A DNA stretch of 64,000 nucleotides. Origin: Octopus sinensis. Taxonomy: Eukaryota. Location of the stretch: contig NC_043000.1 in assembly GCF_006345805.1 (NCBI RefSeq), positions 15,376,001 to 15,440,000 of the forward strand, given 5' to 3'. How positions within the stretch are numbered: the first letter of the stretch is position 1; each line of letters starts with the position of its first letter. Shown here one piece after another: positions 60,766 to 64,000 of this stretch. The translations under genes and the position numbers were made by a program. Below the pieces are notes generated by a model that saw only the letters and a program-made list of their open reading frames with translations, ran no database searches and was not told the DNA's origin.

Positions 60766-61381
60766 GCAGAGGTTGTTTCAAGGTGGATACGGCTCAGGAG
60801 GTCCAAGCTCTGAAAGGAACAAAGCTACCAAGGACAGTGCCAACTGGACACAAGCTATGGTTTGACCAACCATTATCAGGTCACCTGGATGAGTCTATCT
60901 GATGTTGAAAAAGCCAAAACATTTAATAACCTGAGGAAACTATACTGATGATGATGTGGCCAGGCATTTTTGATTGATATATGGAAAAACAAACAAAATA
61001 TATTTTATACATATTTATTTATAAAGTATGAATATTTTATTCATTAACTCAACTTATAATTCATGTACAAATGATATTGCATGACTGATACATAAAATTG
61101 TAGATACATACTGTTTATTATTCATGTTAGTCAATACATGCTGGACATTTATTATTAGATGAGTTCATATTAATCAATACATAGTGACATTTTCAAGTCA
61201 GTTAGCTTATGTTATTTTATATATACTGGTTTAATACATGGCTGTTCTTTCATATGGATCATAGATACAGACATATATATATATATATATGAATAATATT
61301 AGGGTAATAAGAATTATAGAAATTTTTTATTACCAGTGGCCTAGCGCAAAAAAAATTTAGTCAATAGACTATATATTATTC

Positions 61382-61654
61382 ATATAAAATATTGTGTACA
61401 TTAAAACACATTAAGAGGCTTCCATCATAGGAAAGCCTTGCGCTAGAAAGAGCAGTAAAAAACTCAAACCACTAATTAGGGATAAATTCTCGAAGGGAAT
61501 GAAAATTAAAAACATTTACCATCTAATTTGATTGCTTTTAATTTTCATTCCCTTCGAGAACTTATCCCTAATTAGTGGTTTGAGTTTTTTACTGCTCTTT
61601 CTAGTGCAAGGCTTTCCTATGATGGAAGCCCCTTAATGTGTTTTAATGTACACG

Positions 61655-61665
<11 letters not shown>
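61382..61665. repeat. Long palindrome (130-bp arms, 24-bp spacer)
   Basis: 61382-61511 is the reverse complement of 61536-61665 with 4 mismatches counted. Confidence 0.95.
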
Positions 61666-61696
<31 letters not shown>

Positions 61697-62029
61697 GGTT
61701 GGTAAAAGTTGGTTAATACATGGATATGATTAATATAAGGATATTTTGGTTAATACATGTTAGTTGCATTGCATTAGAGAGTGATGCACCAAACTTGTGT
61801 ATATTGAAGAAGCATCTATATCCTTTTGATGAGTCTGGAACTGGTATAAAGCTTTACAGAGGAATAGATAACAAATGTAAATATGAGTTCAGTTGAGTTA
61901 TTTTCGCTTTTCAATTATTGCACTTTACTTTTCTGTGGATCTTGGTTCTCTGAAATTAATAGAAAAACAATTAAATATTAAAACAGATGTAACAAATCTA
62001 ATCTCAAAATTATTTCTAATAAATCAACA

Positions 62030-62320
62030 GTGGCTGTGTGGTAAGTAGCTTGCTAACCAACCACATGGTTCCGGGTTCAGTCCCACTGCGTGGCATCTTG
62101 GGCAAGTGTCTTCTGCTATAGCCCCGGGCCGACCAATGCCTTGTGAGTGGATTTGGTAGACGGAAACTGAAAGAAGCCTGTCGTATATATGAAGATTGTC
62201 GATCAAGACAAGAAACAATTGTAGTGGCGGTTTTTTTGACTATTTATTAAAATTTTATGTATTGATTAAGTCTTTCCTTGTTTGTTTTGCAAAATAGTGG
62301 TTTTGTCTCTAATAATATTT

Positions 62321-62357
<37 letters not shown>

Positions 62358-62575
62358 TTGTGTATGTGTGTTTGTCCCCCTAGCATTGCTTGACAACCGA
62401 TGCTGGTGTGTTTACGTCCCCGTCACTTAGCGGTTCGGCAAAAGAGACCGATAGAATAAGTACTGGGCTTACAAAGAATAAGTCCCAGGGTCGATTTGCT
62501 CAACTAAAGGCGGTGCTCCAGCATGGCCGCAGTCAAATGACTGAAACAAGTAAAAGAGTAAAGAGTAAAAGAGTA
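62030..62575 (+). mobile_element. SINE family O carrying a ~130-bp insert
   Basis: Unique sequence at 62191-62320 sits inside the microsatellite spacer. Confidence 0.88.
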
Positions 62576-63039
62576 TCTTGTACATAGAATCAATTAAGGA
62601 GATTCTACTCAGTCAGTCAACCTTCCTGAAATAGGCAAATTTCACTAAGATCTTAGAAATATGACACAAGAGGTATTGAAGTCCCAGATACACTATACCT
62701 GAAAAAGAGAGAGCTATAGTGTGTGTCATTCTGGGAAGTCCTTGAGTTTGCACTCTCCCCAGGTCCTCAAGCAAATCCAGCAAATCCAAAAATACCACCC
62801 CAATAATAGCATTGTCCTATGCTACTGAAGGATGATTATGGACAGAATACCCTTGATAATAAGTTTACTCAGTCAGGACTGAGCTGGGACTTAACACTGT
62901 TTTGTACACACACTGGTTTAATACATAAAATCTGCATCTTTCTTATTAAAATATTTCTCTCTTCATCACATTGAATTCCTCAAATTCCTGTATGACAAAC
63001 AGCAGTATTTAATATTGTTTCAGATTGAATCAGAAGTGG

Positions 63040-63290
63040 CTGATTGCTTGCTTAACTGAGTGATTGATAGACTGAATAAGTGATTGATCAATTGACTGGT
63101 TGAGTGATCAACTGATTGATTGATTGACTAACTGACTGGCCAATTGATGGATCCATTGACTGATTATCAGACTGTTTAATTGATTGACTGACTGATTGGT
63201 TGATTAACTGAATAAATACTTGATTGAATAATAGATATTTGCTTGATTGGTTAAATGATTCATTGACTGATCAATCACAAAACAAGATTA
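63040..63290. repeat. Degenerate (TGAT/TGAC)n tract
   Basis: Read directly from the sequence. Confidence 0.8.
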
Positions 63291-63536
63291 ACAGAATTTA
63301 ACAAAATTAGCAATGAAACAGAAAATTAATCACAGAAATTAACAAACAAAAGTAGAATACAAAATGCAACTACAGAATATGTATAGGCTGTAAAGGAACA
63401 ATCCTACCATTTCTGGTTGCCAACAGAGAATACATAAATATATATGCATTTATATATGTATATATATATATATGTGTGTGTATATATATACACACATGCT
63501 CAACTGGTTAAGGTCAAACAACTGACAAGCAAATCT

Positions 63537-63822
63537 GTGGCTGTGTGGTAAGTAGCTTGCTTACGGACTACATGGTTCCGGGTTCAGTCCCACTGCGTGG
63601 CATCTTGGGCAAGTGTCTTCTGCTATAGCCCCGGGCCGACCAATGCCTTGTGAGTGGATTTGGTAGACGGAAACTGAAAGAAGCCTGTCGTATATATGAA
63701 GATTGTCGATCAAGACAAGAAACAATTGTAGTGGCGGTTTTTTTTTGACTATTTATTAAAATTTATGTATTGATTAAGTCTTTCCTTGTTTGTTTTGCAA
63801 AATAGTGGTTTTGTCTCTAATA

Positions 63823-63873
<51 letters not shown>

Positions 63874-64000
63874 TATATGTATGTGTGTGTGTTTGTGTAT
63901 GTGTGTTTGTCCCCCTAGCATTGCTTGACAACCGATGCTGGTGTGTTTACGTCCCCGTCACTTAGCGGTTCGGCAAAAGAGACCGATAGAATAAGTACTG
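63537..64000 (+). mobile_element. SINE family O carrying the same insert (cut by window end)
   Basis: Insert at 63698-63828 is nearly identical to 62191-62320. Confidence 0.88.

Overview
This is AT-rich, repeat-dense eukaryotic DNA, most likely from an octopus or related cephalopod; that is an inference from the two genes and the SINE landscape, and no database search was run. Two spliced protein-coding genes were reconstructed by hand with canonical GT-AG introns and continuous frames. EEF1G (elongation factor 1-gamma) is on the + strand with 11 coding exons, 14257-21766, 423 aa, and a 5'TOP/TCT start. JKAMP (JNK1/MAPK8-associated membrane protein) is on the - strand with 6 coding exons, 43617-31985, about 301 aa. 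The two genes converge tail-to-tail. Much of the remainder is mobile DNA: several tRNA-derived SINE families, 5'-truncated RTE and CR1/L2-type LINEs, piggyBac-like and pogo-like MITEs, an internally deleted Tc1, Helentron/HINE-like elements and long microsatellites. Most ORFs in the supplied track are artefacts of microsatellites or SINEs. The points most worth a second look are: head-to-tail SINE multimers with one fixed junction; a repeat-poor block next to the EEF1G promoter with protein-like but unidentified ORF remnants; a recursive-splice-like site at EEF1G exon 7; inverted SINE/LINE pairs that could form dsRNA; a 6 x 95 bp hairpin array; a 130-bp-arm palindrome; and a cargo-carrying SINE variant. 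No CRISPR array, rRNA or true tRNA gene is supported. Family names and human exon sizes are recalled from memory, and repeat boundaries are approximate.
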